From Heteronotia binoei (taxonomy: Eukaryota), in the NCBI RefSeq assembly GCF_032191835.1, contig NC_083232.1, forward strand, positions 97,154,001 to 97,209,226: a DNA stretch of 55,226 nucleotides. The letters are read 5' to 3'. A model generated the notes under the pieces. It did not search any database. It saw nothing but the letters and a program-made list of their open reading frames with translations, and had not been told where the DNA came from. Shown here one piece after another: positions 1 to 10,581 of this stretch (its first letter is position 1; every line of letters starts with the position of its first letter). The position numbers and the translations under genes are program-made.

Positions 1-81
1 CAGCTAAAAATAGACAGATGAACCAGAGAGTGCTCTGCTTGGATACAAACCCTCCATGACAGAAGGAGTCGGACGGTAGCT

Positions 82-986
82 ATGCGCTCTCTGCGGTTCA
101 TAAGTGCGGAGGCTCTGGTATCCGACACGCAGCGGGTCAGGAGGAATCTCGGCAGTGTTGCACACAATCTTTTCCCCCTGCTTTTCAAGGCCGGTTTCTT
201 GCAGGAGCAGGGCGACGTGATCCATGACCTAGTAGAAAACTGGCCGCTGCCAGAACTGAACATCGGGAGACTGCTGGGCAGGACAGCAGATCACGAGGAA
301 GACCTCACCAGCAGAGCCTGCTTTGTGTGTTTGTCCAGCTGTCTGGCTGGTCTGAGAGACTATGTGCTGAATTGTTCCTCTCCCTACGCCAAGCGACTCA
401 AAATGGTGGACCTCACGGGCATCAAAGATGTGGAAGTTCAGCTCTGCAAATGTCAGAAGACGCTGGGGCGCTGGGCCAGGACGGAGATGCTCTGCAAGAT
501 CTGCTTCGATCTGCTTATTGAGATCCAAAGACGCCAGCTTGGCCCCTACGTTTCCGAGATTTCTGTCGATGTTCTCGTCAATCTTTTTGTGACAGAGAGA
601 AGCTATGAGCTGGCTGTCCAGGCCTTGTTTTTGAGGCACCACAGCCCCCTGAAGATTCACTGCGTGGCCTTCAGAGCAGACAACCTGGCCCCGCGCAAGC
701 TCTTCTACATCATCAAGCTTGTGGAGCCCTCTTTGCTGCGCCGGTTCGAAGTGGTCCATAATGTGCGGCTGGAAATGGAGCACCTGCAGGTCCTGCTGAA
801 TAACGTCCACTTCCCTCAGCTGACGGCCCTCATGCTCCCAGCGAGGACCTTTGACGTGAGGAGATTTGCTCCGGAGGACGAAGCCACCCTGGCGAGCACT
901 GGAGAAAAGCTAAGCCAGATGACCCAACTGACGGAGCTGAGCCTGCCGTTTTCCACCCTCACGGGAAGGATACGCAAACTGCTCAG
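82..986 (+). CDS. LRRC14B: Leucine-rich repeat-containing protein 14B (PRAME/LRRC14 family), coding exon 1
   Basis: ORF begins MRSLRFISAEALVS and contains LFPLLFKA and DLVENWPL, matching my recollection of LRRC14B. Donor CAG|GTAAGT at 986/987 (phase 2). Position beside CCDC127-SDHA matches known vertebrate synteny. Confidence 0.93.
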
Positions 987-1067
987 GTAAGTTGTTTGGG
1001 ATAATCCTTACTGGTGTGGTAGATTGCCTCACAACAGAACAGTTGTTGTAGGAGTGGATGATGGTAT

Positions 1068-1165
1068 AGAATCATAGAGCTGGAAGGGACCTCCAGCGCC
1101 ATCTAGTCCAACCCCCTGCACAATGCAGGGAACTCACAAAGACCTCCCCCTACATTAACAGGATC
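1068..1165 (-). mobile_element. Short CR1 3' end (others near 33790-33930 +, 43845-43980 -, 52876-53090 -, 53762-54120 -)
   Basis: ATAGAATCATAGAG.TGGAAGGGACCTCCAG...TCTAGTCCAACCCC, as at the 3' end of the large CR1. Confidence 0.75.
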
Positions 1166-1633
1166 ACAGGGTAGTCATGGAGCTGCTGCCCCTTGAGGAA
1201 AGTTAAGGTCATGCGGCTGGAACAGTATTTACAAATGAAAACGCAGAAAGGTAAAGTCATTTTCTGTTGTCCTCTGCTAAGTCAAGCCCCTGGTCCATGC
1301 AGCTTTGTATTATTTAGGTACTGTAATAGCAGTAGCTTGCTAAGACTTTGGGCAGGGGCGTTTCTTGGCCCTATTAATGGTTCCTTATATTATGTTCATC
1401 TTACTGAAGATCAACAGACCCAAAATTAAGTAGTTGAGGTCATGCCTGAGCAGGGATTTGAAGCCAGTTTTCCTGGGGGCAAGGCCATAGATATATTCTG
1501 GGGGAGGCAGAGAGCTGTGATATGTTCCTGTGGAGGGGTTCTCTTCCATATTTTGGCGTTCAGGTGCAGTAGGGGCTGGAGTCTGCTTAAATGTTTTGAA
1601 AAATTATATAAGCATTTGTGTATCTGAGCCACA

Positions 1634-1923
1634 AGAGCCCGGTGGTGCAGAGTGGTAAAGCTGCAGCTCTGCAGTCCAAGCTCTGCTCCCAAGTTTGATC
1701 CCGATGGATGCTGGGTTCAGGTAGCCTCAAGGTTGACTCAGCCTTCCATCCTTCCGAGGTCGGTAAAATGAGTCCCCAGCTTGCTGGGGGGAAAGTGTAG
1801 ATGGCTGGGGAAGGCAATGACAAACCACCCCATAAAAAGTCTGCCGTGAAAACATTGTGATACGATGTCACCCCAGAGTCGGAAACGACTGGTGCTTGCA
1901 CAGGGGGACTATCTTTACCTTTT
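1634..1923 (+). mobile_element. Sauria-type SINE (tRNA head, BovB-like tail)
   Basis: tRNA-like head, tail CCCCAGAGTCGGAAACGAC...CTTTACCTTT, 13-bp TSD TATCTGAGC(C/T)ACA at 1621-1633 and 1924-1936. Confidence 0.85.
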
Positions 1924-1974
1924 TATCTGAGCTACACATATGAACACATTTGAAGCTGCCTTACACCAGATCAG

Positions 1975-2147
1975 ATCAAGATTGATATTGTCTACTCAGA
2001 CTGGCAGCAGCTCTCTGGAGTCTCAAGTAGAAGTCTTTCACATCAGCTGGTGCCAGAACCATTTTTAACTGGAGATGCCAGGGATTGAACCTGGGACCTT
2101 CTGAATACAAAGCAGAGGCTCTTGCAGTGAGCTGCAGATCCTCCCCT
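1975..2147 (-). mobile_element. tRNA-derived SINE, second family (another copy at ~52125-52295)
   Basis: B-box (GGTTCAATCCC on the minus strand). Both copies share TGTCTACTCAGACTGGCAG. Confidence 0.65.
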
Positions 2148-2241
2148 GACATTTTGGATGCTGATCGCTGAACAGAAAGACATGCTGGGACACAGACTGT
2201 ACTGTTGTGTGCAGAATCTGTGTTTGGCTTCATTACTTAGG

Positions 2242-2388
2242 TTTCTTCAGTTTGAGAGTACTTTGTCTCAAAACGGTGATTCTTGATGCGGATTCAGGGG
2301 GGTGGCTGTTTCAGTCTGAATCAGCCGCCCCCCTGAATCTGCATCAAGAATCACCGTTTTGAGACAAAGTACTCTCAAACTGAAGAAA
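2242..2388. repeat. 147-bp near-perfect palindrome (73-bp arms, 1-nt spacer)
   Basis: 2242-2314 is the reverse complement of 2316-2388 with 3 mismatches. Confidence 0.95.
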
Positions 2389-3795
2389 GACCAAAGATTG
2401 AGTCCAGTGGCACCTTTAAGACCAACCAAGTCTTATTCTGGGCATAAGCTTTCGTGTGCATGCACATTTCTTCGGATACATTGAAACAGAAGTTATCAGC
2501 CATTAAATATCAGTAGAAGGTGTGAAAGTGTTGCCAGGAAGGGCTAATTAGAGTCAAGATGCAGAAGTGACTGAGCAATAAATATAGCTAAGACTGGATG
2601 AAAGCAACTGGTAAGACCAGTGAGAGCCAGTTTGGTGTAGTGGTTAGGTGTGCGGACTCTTCTCTTGGAGAACCGGGTTCAATTCCCCACTCCTCCACTT
2701 GCAGCTGCTGGAATGGCCTTGGGTCAGGCATAGCTCTCGCAGAGCTGTCCTTGAAAGGGCAGCTGCTGTGAGAGCTCTCTCAGCCCCACCCACCTCACAG
2801 GGTGTCTGTTGTGGGGGAGGAAGATAAAGGAGATTGTGACCACTCTGAGACTCTGAGTATAGGGCGGGATATAAATCCAATATCATCATCATCTTCTTCT
2901 TCTTCAGCTCTCCTCAAAACAGCATCATCAGTAACTTACAATCTCTAGTCTACTGGATAATTAAAGTTCTCTTTCACAAGTACTGGAGGCAAACCTTTTC
3001 TTGCCCATAGAACCCCCCCCCCCAGTCTTAAACAATTCCTCACCCACAATAATACATCTAATCTGAACATAGACATTGGTACCAGAACTTGCAATAAACC
3101 CAGATGCGAACTTTTCTGCCACATACACCCAGACAACATAACCACTGGACCTATCAGCATCAACTACGCCATCTCAGGCTTATTCTCTTGCTCTCCTTCT
3201 AACACTGTGTATGCCACTGAATGCCAGCAATGCCCTTCAGTTCTCCACACAGGGCAAATAGGTCAAACCCTACACCAAAGGATAAATGAGCACAAATTTG
3301 ATATCAAGAATCACAAAACTGAGAAACCTATAGGAGAACACTTCCAGGACATTCAGTGGGTGACCTCAAAGTAGCTGTTTTATTACAAAGGAATTTCAGA
3401 AATAGACTAGAATGGAAGACTGCTGAGTTACGGGTTATTACAATACTCAGGACAGTGGAACCCCCAGGACTTAACAGAGATATCAGTTTCTTATCTCACT
3501 ACACATGCTAATGTCATTCAGCTCACACATCTGTAAACGCCTGTATTATGCTGTATGCTAATTTGCTGCTATTCACAGATCTTACCAATTGCCTTCATCC
3601 AGTCGTAGCTATATTTACTGCCCAGTTACTTATGCATCTGAGCTCTAATTAGCCCTTCCTGGCAATACACTCCCCTGCATCTACCTATTGGTAATTGTTG
3701 GTGATTTCTGGTTCACTGTATCTGAAGAAGTGTAAAAGCTTATACCCAGAATAAAACTTTGTTGGTCTTAAAGGTGCCACTGGACTCAAACTTTG
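2389..3795 (+). mobile_element. Penelope-like retroelement remnant with GIY-YIG endonuclease and inverted pLTR ends
   Basis: Hand translation of ~3120-3510: SNTVYATECQQCPSVLHTGQIGQTLHQRINEHKFDIKN...PPGLNRD (one frameshift near 3345). ~2395-2495 is an inverted repeat of ~3705-3795. A SINE interrupts it at 2622-2905. Confidence 0.8.
2622..2905 (+). mobile_element. Squam3-like SINE (tRNA head, L2-like tail)
   Basis: GAGAGCCAGTTTGGTGTAGTGGTT A-box head, GGTTCAATTCCC B-box, GGGCGGGATATAAAT end, (CTT)n tail. More than 12 copies in the window. Confidence 0.9.
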
Positions 3796-4392
3796 TTCCC
3801 CTCAGTACAGGGTCTACTGTAAGCTCCAGGAGGATTGGCTACATCAGGGGGTGTGGCCTACTCAGGTTTGGATCTGCATGGTTTTGAGGAGGGGCAAAAT
3901 CAAAAAATGATGCCCCCTTACGGGCCATTCTATCTTATGGTCCCATAGAATACAATGGACTCCATACCCAATTTGGCGCCCTCCCCCCTCTATCAGTGCC
4001 CGGAGCGAGCACCCCCCTCTGCTCACCCCTAGATTCGGCCCTGGGTCTACTATGCAAAGGAGTTCCTGCTACAAAAAAAGTCCTGCTGGTAGTGGCGGAA
4101 ACTGCCAAGTTGCAGCTGACTTATGTTAACCCCATAGGATTTTCGAGGCAAGAGAAGTTCCAGTGTGGTTTGCCATTGCCTGCCTCTGCATATTCCTTGG
4201 TATTCTCCTGCCCAAGTACTAACCAGGGTTGACTCTACTTAGTTTCTGATAACTATGCTGGGATAACTGAGGGGATTGTGGTTTACTTCCCTCTCCACAG
4301 CTGCTCTCATTCTTTAAAGGTTTATCTTGATTTGATCATACTGTTCTAACCAATGAACCAATCAAGAAAATCAAGAAATAGCATGACCTCCA

Positions 4393-4658
4393 GAGAGGCA
4401 GTTTGGGGTAGTGCTTAAGTGCCGGACTCTAATCTGGGAGAATCAGGTTCGATTCCCCACTCCTCCACTTGCGGCTGCTGGGATAGCCTTGGGTCAGTCA
4501 CAGTTCTTGAAAGAGCTGCTTTCTCAAGAGCAGTTCTCAAAAGAGCTCTCTCAGCCCCAGCTGCCTCACAGGGTGTCTGTTGTGGGGAGCGGAAGGGAAA
4601 GGAGATTGTAAGCTGCACGAAGACTCTGAGTGAAGGGCAGGGAATAAATCCAATCTCC
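4393..4658 (+). mobile_element. Squam3-like SINE
   Basis: Same family by direct comparison. Confidence 0.85.
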
Positions 4659-4749
4659 AGTCTCTCCCTCCTCCTGTTCTTCTTCGTCTCCTCCTCCTCC
4701 TCCTCCCAGGTAAGGACCAAAGAGTCTGAGGTCTCTTACAGCCCATTGG

Positions 4750-5350
4750 GACCTGATTTGGATGGCCCAGGCTAGCCCACTCTTGCCAGATCTCAGAAGC
4801 TAAGCAGGATCAGCCCTGGTTAGTATTTGGATGGGAGACCACCAAGAAAGCCCAGGGTCATGATTCAGAGGCAGGCAACGGCCAACCGCCTCTGAAGGTC
4901 TCTTGCCCTGAAGACCCAGTGAAGTTGCTATAAGTCAGTTGTGAAGAAGATATTGGATTTATATCCCACCCTCCCCTCCGGAGAGTCTCAGAGCGGCTCA
5001 CAATCTCCTTTCCCTCCCCCACCCCACAACAGACACCCTGTGAGGTAGATGAAGATATTGGATTTATATCCCGCCCTCCACTCCGAAGAGTCTCAGAGCG
5101 GCTCACAATCTCCTTTCCCTTCCTCCCCCACAACAGACACCCTGTGAGGTGGGTGGGGCTGAGAGGGCTCTCACAGCAGCTGCCCTTTCAAGGACAACCT
5201 CTGCCAGAGCTATGGCTGACCCAAGGCCATGCTAGCAGGTGCAAGTGTAGGAGTGGGGAATGGGGAATCAAACCCGGTTCTCCCAGATAAGAGTCCGCAC
5301 ACTTAACCACTACACCAAACCAGCTCTCTAGTTGTGACTAGATGGCAAAA
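4750..5350 (+). mobile_element. 5S rRNA-derived SINE, split by a Squam3-like SINE (minus-strand relatives near 4120-4250, 14385-14505, 14730-14865, 48585-48878)
   Basis: 4789-4840 GATCTCAGAAGCTAAGCAGGATCAGCCCTGGTTAGTATTTGGATGGGAGACC resembles the internal part of 5S rRNA, followed by a non-5S body. Confidence 0.75.
4945..5329 (-). mobile_element. Squam3-like SINE with a tandemly duplicated 3' part
   Basis: Two tail units (4945-5050, 5051-5140). 8-bp TSD AGTTGTGA at 4937-4944 and 5330-5337. Confidence 0.9.
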
Positions 5351-5576
5351 AAGGAAACCCCATTGGCACTATGATTTTGTGTCTATAATCCTGCCTCTCA
5401 TTTCTCATATGTGAGTTTTAGTGATGTCAACAAAACCTACCTTCACTGATGACACAGGTGCATCCATTGTGTATAGGGTAATTGTATATTCAATGATGAT
5501 TTAATAAATATCCAGTGGGGGGTGGGGTTTGTAGATTTTTACCTTTGCATTACCCTTGCCTTTGACTTTTTTTCAG

Positions 5577-6222
5577 CCCATTGAAAACCCCTCTGAAAGT
5601 GCTGGATGTCTCTAACTGCTCCTTAAACCATGCCGACATGGCATATTTAGCCAACAGTCTTCATTCTAACCACCTGGAAGTTCTAGATCTCAGCGGACAT
5701 GATGTGACAGACCTTTACCCATCCACCTTCTTCAAACTTCTGAACCACTCGTCTCACACACTGAAGAGCCTCACCCTCGAGGAGTGCAACATTCAAGACA
5801 TCCACGTCAACATGCTGGTTTTGGGACTGGTCCCCTGCCGGAAGCTGGAGGAACTGAAGTTCCTCGGAAATCCTCTATCTTCTCGAGGGCTGAAGTGCCT
5901 TTTCAATATTTTCGTTGACTTTCTTAGGCTGAAATATATTGAATTCCCAGTTCCGAAAGACTGTTATCCAAACGACATCAGTTACCCAATTAATGAAGCC
6001 GATCTTTCGAAATTTGATCGCCAGAAATATGAGAGGATAGCGGAAGACCTTCACATGATTTTGCTGGAGGCAAAGCGTGACGACATCAAGGCTTCCACGC
6101 CGCTCTTTGGCAGCTACGATGCAGCAGTGCAGGAAACGGGGAATGAACTGGGATCCTTTTTGCTGAAGTCCTTCAGAGACGCCCTAGAGAGCTTCAGTAG
6201 GGCACTCCAGGAAATTAACTGA
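5577..6222 (+). CDS. LRRC14B: LRRC14B coding exon 2 (LRR repeats, stop)
   Basis: Polypyrimidine tract and TTTCAG| acceptor at 5576/5577. AG+C rebuilds a Ser codon, giving SPLKTPLKVLDVSNCSL. LRR motifs LxxLDLS/LxxLxLxxN. TGA at 6220-6222. Joined CDS is 905+646=1551 nt, 516 aa. Confidence 0.93.
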
Positions 6223-6349
6223 AGTTTAAAGCTGACAAGCGGCACTTTTCCAATCCGTGAATCAAAGTCAAGCCTTCATTAGTTGCTGTTGTTCAGATAG
6301 GCTGCCCTAAATGCATTATCATGGCATTCTCTTGCACAAGCACAACTGA

Positions 6350-6355
6350 AATAAA
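6350..6355 (+). promoter_or_regulatory. Candidate polyadenylation signal of LRRC14B
   Basis: First AATAAA after the stop (128 nt downstream), just before a SINE. No transcript support. Confidence 0.4.
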
Positions 6356-6381
6356 GAAGGAACACTTCCTCTTCTCCTCTG

Positions 6382-6629
6382 GAGAGCCAGTTTGGTGTAG
6401 TGGTTAAGTGTGTGGACTCTTATCTGGGAGCACCGGGTTCGATTCCCCACTCCTCCACTTGCACCTACTAGCATGGCCTTGGGTCAGCCATAGCTCTGGC
6501 AGAGGTTGTCCTTGAAAGGGCAGCTGCTGTGAGAGCCTTCTCCAGCCCCACCCACCTCACAGGGTGTCTGTTGTGGGGGAGGAAGGGAAAGGAGATTGTG
6601 AGCCGCTCTGAGACTCTTCGGAGTGGAGG
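6382..6629 (+). mobile_element. Squam3-like SINE running into the gap
   Basis: Family match. Confidence 0.9.
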
Positions 6630-6775
6630 NNNNNNNNNNNNNNNNNNNNNNNNNNNNNNNNNNNNNNNNNNNNNNNNNNNNNNNNNNNNNNNNNNNNNNN
6701 NNNNNNNNNNNNNNNNNNNNNNNNNNNNNNNNNNNNNNNNNNNNNNNNNNNNNNNNNNNNNNNNNNNNNNNNNNN
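6630..6775. other. Assembly gap (146 N)
   Basis: N run starting inside a SINE 3' end. Confidence 1.
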
Positions 6776-8457
6776 GCTTTCCAGTAATTTCTCAGTCTAA
6801 TACATCTATCCCTCTATCCTCATGAAGCTGTTTTTAACCCCAATCTGTAAACAAAATGGAGGTACCTCTGACATGCCTAGTAGCAGTTTGGAAATGTAAT
6901 TTAGATTGTAGAAATCATGCTGTGAGGAGACACCCTCTCTCCAGTGCTACTCTCCAGAACCTATTTGGTGTATCTCTCCTTTAAATAAATATGTTGGAAG
7001 AATCGATCAGAGATGTCCTACATTGCATCTGGTTTGGTTTATCTAGCTATCGGCATTTCTTATGAAGGGTCACTTTATATAAATATTGGATTTATAGATT
7101 CAGGTGGTCTATAGGATCAGGTAGGTAGCCATGTTGGTCTGAAGCAGAAGACCAAAGCTGGATTCCAGGGGCAACTTTGAGACCGACGCATTCTGAGTAT
7201 TAGCTTTTGTGAGTTTTGTTTTGTTGCATTCATCGCTCAGTGGTTTAACCCAGGGCCAGTGGTGTTCTGTCTTGGGGTGTAGGACAACTGCTGGGGATGG
7301 CCCTAAAATTGCACTTAAAAAAACCAACAGAGGAAGTATGTGCTGTACATCTGGGGAGAGGGGAGGCATGAAATTAAAAGAATTAAATTTAACAGGAGGG
7401 GTGGCAAAGGTTAATTAAAGAGTAGGCCGTTGCTGCAGGAGAAAGGAAGAGAGAGAATCACAGTTGGATTTCATTGGCTTTTAATTGTAATTCTCTATTT
7501 TCTTTGCCAGTATTCCTGCCCTTGAATGTTGCAGGGGTCAGTGCCCACCCTGTCAAGAATGGGAATAATGTCACCCTTTCAGTGTAACCCTTGTTGGCAA
7601 ACAAAGGCCTGGTCCCACTACTGTCTCTCTGGTCACAGAACAGTTGTTGCACACACCGTTCATACCTAAAACAACTTTTATTTAAGGGTGGGGAAAGGAA
7701 ATAGGAACAGGGAGCGTGATATCTTTGCTTACGGCATTTTTAAGCCTCCTTTCTCTTAAAAAGCATTTAATCAGACTTTCGACTGAAATGTTGTTAGCAG
7801 TAACCCAGTCAGGTCTTTTTTTTATTATCAGAAACATACAGGAAAGCAGTTCCAGCTGGCTTGGCCTCAGGGGATGTGGCCTAACATGCAAATGAGTTCC
7901 TGCTGGAATGCAAAAGAAGCCCTGACCCCAGTAATGTATAGACTAGTCCCAAAGTCAGTGCAAGGAATGAAATATATCTCCTTAGTCTCTGGGGTCAAAT
8001 GAGAAGGAGCTGGAAGCTCTCTTTGGATTTTGGCAGGTGAGCATAAGTCTCTTGCTGTAGAAGAGTCATTGTCAATGTGGGATGCTTACAGAAGTCTCCT
8101 TTCTGTCACAGTGATAGAAGTTCCACTGGAGTTGAAGAACTAAAGTGCCCCAACTCCAAAATGGCTGCTCTTCTACTCACCAGCTTCTTAACCACTCCCA
8201 GGGTTTCCAGCCTCTAGTTTGGGGCATGGAGATCGCTCAGGATTACAGATGATCTTTAAATGACATAAATCAGTTTCCCTGGAGAAAATGGCTGCTTTGG
8301 AGGGTGGACTCTGTAACTCTGCTGGGGTCTCTCTTCTCTCCAGGCAGTTCCCCCAAATCTCCAGGAATTTACCAGCCCAGAGCTTGCAACCTTAATATTG
8401 TTTTTTCCTCAGGGACAATGGTATTTCTCCAGTAGAAAGCCCAGCCTCTCTAGATAG

Positions 8458-8727
8458 GAGAGCCAGTTTGGTGCAGTGGTTAAGTGTGCAGACTCATATC
8501 TGGAAGAGCCAGGTTTGATTCTCCATTCCTCCACTTGCAGCTGCTGATGTGACCTTGGGTCAGTCATAACTCTGTCAGAGCTGTTCTCTCAAGAGCAATT
8601 TCTCTCAGAGCTCTCTCAGCCGGGCCCCATCTACCACACAGGGTGTCTGTTGCGGTAAGGGAAAGGAGCTGCTCTGAGTCTCCAAGTGAAGGGGAGGGGT
8701 ATAAATCCAATCTCCTCTCTTCTTCCT
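8458..8727 (+). mobile_element. Squam3-like SINE (diverged)
   Basis: Family match. Confidence 0.85.
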
Positions 8728-9502
8728 CAGAAATAACTCAGCTCTGTCCATGGGTTTCTCCTACACTGGATCTCAATCTCTCTCTCAATGGCAAACCTGT
8801 CAGCTCCTCCCCCTTTCCCTCTTGCTAAAAATCTCAAAGCTCTCTAAATTCCCCTTCCAGTTGGAGAGAAACATGTTCCTAAATCTGGATCTACTCTTTA
8901 AGCCCCGTGCCTGACCACAGCAAGTACCAAAACATGGCATTTTTTTGCAGTTACAAAATGTGTGAAACATGTTCCCAGCAAGAACTCATGTCAAGTAAAA
9001 TTAATACTACTGAAAGAGAATGTTAATCCTTTCTATTTGAGATGGACACAACATACGCTTTTGTCAATTATATAAAATGCAGACATTCACCAGATCAGCT
9101 TAGCATTGAAGGCACAGTGATATACAGAGGCTGAATTTCTGTCCATCATGTAGCTGGTGAAGAGACAGAGCCTTCTGTGTCAGGGGAAAAGATGGCGCGC
9201 CTAGAACATCCTATTAGGTTATGTGGTGTTTTTATCTAACAATGAGGAGGGAAACGGAAGGGGGACCTACTTTATTAATAATAGTCTTTTTAAAAATCTA
9301 GCACATAAAGAGGAATCCTCTAAGACGATGGTGTCTTTCATTAAGTAGAAGATAAAACTGATGCAAAAAAATCAGAACGAGACGGGGAGCCACTTAAAAA
9401 GGTCAAATGCACAGAAAATACAAAATTTTTCGGCAATCAAGACAATTGACAAGGCAATCAAGACTAAAAAACGTAGTCGAAGGCACTTTCTAAGCTTAGA
9501 AG

Positions 9503-9680
9503 CAACAAAGTTTGAGTCCAGGGGCACTTTTAAGACCAACTAAGTTTATTTCTGGATATAAGCTTTTTTTTGTACACACACGAAAGCTTATAGCAGAATA
9601 AAACTTTGTTGGTCTTAAAAGTGCCCCTGGACTCAAACTTCGTTGTATTGTTTCTGACCAACACGGCTGTCCACCTGAAT
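9503..9680. mobile_element. Penelope pLTR-derived palindromic element (related fragments near 7130-7210, 13730-13850, 14150-14310, 14510-14605, 30240-30320, 35905-36005, 48935-49055, 50680-50840)
   Basis: Shares GAGTCCAG..GCAC.TTTAAGACCAAC...AAGCTTT with the pLTR of the 2389-3795 element. Arms 9503-9566 and 9583-9645 are inverted. Confidence 0.75.
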
Positions 9681-9686
9681 CTAAAC

Positions 9687-10196
9687 TAGGGTTGCCAAGC
9701 CCAATTTAAGAAATATCTGGGGACTTTGGGGGTGGAGCCAGGAGACTCTGGGGGTGGAGCCAAGATCAAGGCTGTGACAAGCATCATTGAACTCCAAAGG
9801 GAGTTCTGGCCATCACATTTAAAGGGACGGCACACCTTTTCAATGCCTTCCTTCTGTAGGAAATAATGAAGGATAGGGGCACCTTCTTTTGGGGCTCATA
9901 GGATTGGACCCCCTGGTCCAATCGTTTTGAAACTTGGAGGGGCATTTTGGGGCGAGGCACTAGATACTATACTAAAATGTTGGTGCCTCTACCCCAAAAA
10001 ACAGCCCCCCCAGAGCCCCAGATACCCGCGGATCAATTCTCCATGATTTTCTATGGGAATAAATCTCCACAGGGAACAACAGAGTTCCCAGCAGACATTT
10101 CCCTCCCCTCCCCCCCGCTTTCTGATGACCCTGAAGTGGGGGGAGGGCCTCCAAACTGGGGGATCCCCTGCCCCCACCTGGGGATTGGCAACCCTA
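9687..10196. mobile_element. hAT-type MITE, 510 bp
   Basis: TIR TAGGGTTGCCAA...TTGGCAACCCTA, perfect 8-bp TSD ATCTAAAC (9679-9686, 10197-10204). Confidence 0.9.
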
Positions 10197-10581
10197 ATCT
10201 AAACCTAGAAAGGTTTTGCCTTTAGACACAGAAAGGTCAGGCTGGTTGCATTTGACCTTTTTGCCAGCCCTTCCCCCTTTAGGAAACATAGAGAACCCTC
10301 TGGGATGTTTTAGTTTTTTTAAAAAGGAAAAGTTGTTTGGAACATTCAGCTCCTGTAGAGATAACCTTTTTAAACAGTTAACTTTCCCAGTGACAGAGCT
10401 GGGATTTACGGGTTTGTGACCACTTCACGGCTGGTTTTCAGGGAGAATGTCTGAAACCCTAACAGTGAGAGAGTCCGGGAATCCGGAGACTTGATCCTGG
10501 GTTGCTGCCTTGGTCTGAGGTAAACACCCCAGGCTCTGGCCCAAAAGGTCGATGAATAGACCCCACAGAGAGCTGGTCCAA

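Noticed and set aside
2442-2479. Active hammerhead ribozyme
   Set aside because: Every copy has a core lesion, so these are reported only as relics.
2622-2700. tRNA genes at SINE heads
   Set aside because: A and B boxes are present, but there is no cloverleaf I can support and each continues into a repeated SINE body.
4789-4840. 5S rRNA gene
   Set aside because: Only part of 5S matches, with mismatches, and it is fused to a SINE body. The same is true of the other copies.
5581-6222. Independent genes starting at ORF-track starts 5581, 35579 or 52394
   Set aside because: These are internal exons of LRRC14B, CCDC127 and SDHA. The true boundaries are splice sites.
6529-6825. 98-aa ORF
   Set aside because: It spans the N gap and starts in a SINE.
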